DNA of 6,453 nucleotides from a virus (Duplodnaviria; Heunggongvirae; Uroviricota; Caudoviricetes): IMG/VR virus record IMGVR_UViG_2713896899_000008; one strand, 5' to 3'. Shown piece by piece: positions 5,704 to 6,453 of this stretch (position 1 is its first letter; each line of letters starts with the position of its first letter). The notes under the pieces were generated by a model. It saw only the letters and a program-made list of their open reading frames with translations, ran no database searches and was not told where the DNA came from. The position numbers and the translations under genes were made by a program.

Positions 5704-5986
5704 AAACAACCTCTTGTTTGTTGGGTTTGGGTTATCATACATGACTGATTGTTGCGATTTTGTATCGTAATGTTTCTGTTTGTTGTCTTTTGTGTTGTTT
5801 GTCTCTTTAGTGTTCTGTGTGTGACTATGTACATTCTGTATAGTGGGGGCTCCCGTTGGTGCAGAGAATAACGAAATCTGAAAATAACCGTTTTCAGTTG
5901 TGGCGCTCGCAACAAAAGCGCATGCTGACTGTGCGAAGATAATCTCGCTGTGACGAGTAATCTCGAACGTCATTGTTTTCATTTAT

Positions 5987-6013
5987 GCCAGCTACCCAAA
6001 GCTGGCTTTTTTT
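5987..6013 (+). terminator. Intrinsic terminator (+ orientation)
   Basis: Stem GCCAGCT (5987-5993) / AGCTGGC (6000-6006), loop ACCCAA, then 7 T (6007-6013). Confidence 0.7.
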
Positions 6014-6016
6014 GAG

Positions 6017-6039
6017 GTCTGCTCCGGCAGGTTTTTTTT
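6017..6039 (+). terminator. Second, weaker tandem terminator (+ orientation)
   Basis: Short stem CTGC (6019-6022) / GCAG (6027-6030) with loop TCCG, followed by an 8-T run (6032-6039). Confidence 0.45.
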
Positions 6040-6254
6040 ATTCCGGCATATATAACTATGGAGTATTGCGACAACCTGATAAAAGTCTGCATATCGCGAT
6101 CCAACGGTAGAAGCGATAAACGGGCTGAGCGATATGTTTCCAGAGGAGAAGAGGTTGAGCGATACGAAGAAACAGCTAAGTATATTAAGAGAATGTTAAT
6201 GTGCTTCATTGCTGATCAGAAGCTATCGGGATAATCATCAGTTTTTTGTATTGA

Positions 6255-6277
6255 GGCTCGCTACGGCGGGCCTTTTT
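6255..6277 (+). terminator. Intrinsic terminator (+ orientation)
   Basis: Stem GGCTCGC (6255-6261) / GCGGGCC (6266-6272) with one G:U pair, loop TACG, then TTTTT (6273-6277). Confidence 0.55.
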
Positions 6278-6326
6278 CACATCCGCGTCACGCCCGGCGC
6301 ACATCACATCAGATAACGCTATACAA

Positions 6327-6348
6327 AAGGCATCTTCGGGTGCCTTTG
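6327..6348. other. Stable 9-bp hairpin with TTCG tetraloop
   Basis: AAAGGCATC-TTCG-GGTGCCTTT; only a 3-nt T run follows, so it is more likely an RNA stability or processing element than an efficient terminator. Confidence 0.35.
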
Positions 6349-6417
6349 ATGGGGGGCGGGCCGCTGGTGGCTTTTTTTGTTTCCATTACACAGCACCCGC
6401 ATCTGCGAGGTGGGGTT

Positions 6418-6453
6418 ATGAAATCCATGGATAAGTTAACAACGGGTGTCGCC
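6418..6453 (+). CDS. Holin, N-terminal fragment (S21/EssD-like, dual-start MKSM motif); continues beyond window
   Basis: GAGG at 6407-6410 then ATG 6418. The 12 visible codons (MKSMDKLTTGVA) match the N-terminus of class II/pinholin-type holins of phage 21 and E. coli EssD as recalled, including Met1-Lys2 and Met4 dual starts. Confidence 0.55.
   Translation, partial: MKSMDKLTTGVA

Noticed and set aside
5140-5982. 280-aa minus-strand ORF from the six-frame track as a single protein
   Set aside because: The first 93 codons are low-complexity N/T/K/Q-rich translation of an A/C-rich leader that is also open in a second frame. ATG 5982 abuts a hairpin and lacks an SD, while the internal ATG 5703 has GAGG at ideal spacing and yields a YagU-sized product. 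Kept only as an alternative.
5682-6209. Minus-strand ORFs 5682-5915 and 5979-6209
   Set aside because: The first is a second open frame through the stop-poor A/C-rich leader. The second runs across two intrinsic terminators. Both are compositional artefacts.

Overview
This window reads as the late-regulatory (nin/Q) region of a lambdoid, Qin/DLP12-like enterobacterial prophage, with almost all genes on the + strand. In order: the 3' end of an unknown ORF; three tightly packed small ORFs (one a zinc ribbon); a hok-family type I toxin gene with its own ~460-nt leader and terminator; a small ORF; a DUF968 protein with an HNH-like C-terminus; a RusA resolvase; a Q-like antiterminator; a PR'/tR'-like promoter-terminator pair; a four-tRNA array with its own promoter (Ile-CAU, one atypical UUU tRNA, Thr-UGU, Gly-UCC); a converging minus-strand YagU/DUF1440-like membrane-protein moron; a cluster of + oriented intrinsic terminators; and the first 12 codons of an S21-like dual-start holin. 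I saw no CRISPR array, IS element or rRNA. Nothing here is clearly an unprecedented system. The best candidates for undescribed elements are a strongly SD-preceded small hydrophobic ORF in the hok leader region (1405-1533), the atypical tRNA (4744-4820), and the zinc-ribbon small-ORF cluster (450-1282). All protein-family calls rest on motif recognition from memory and gene order, not on a database search; coordinates and structures were read directly from the sequence.
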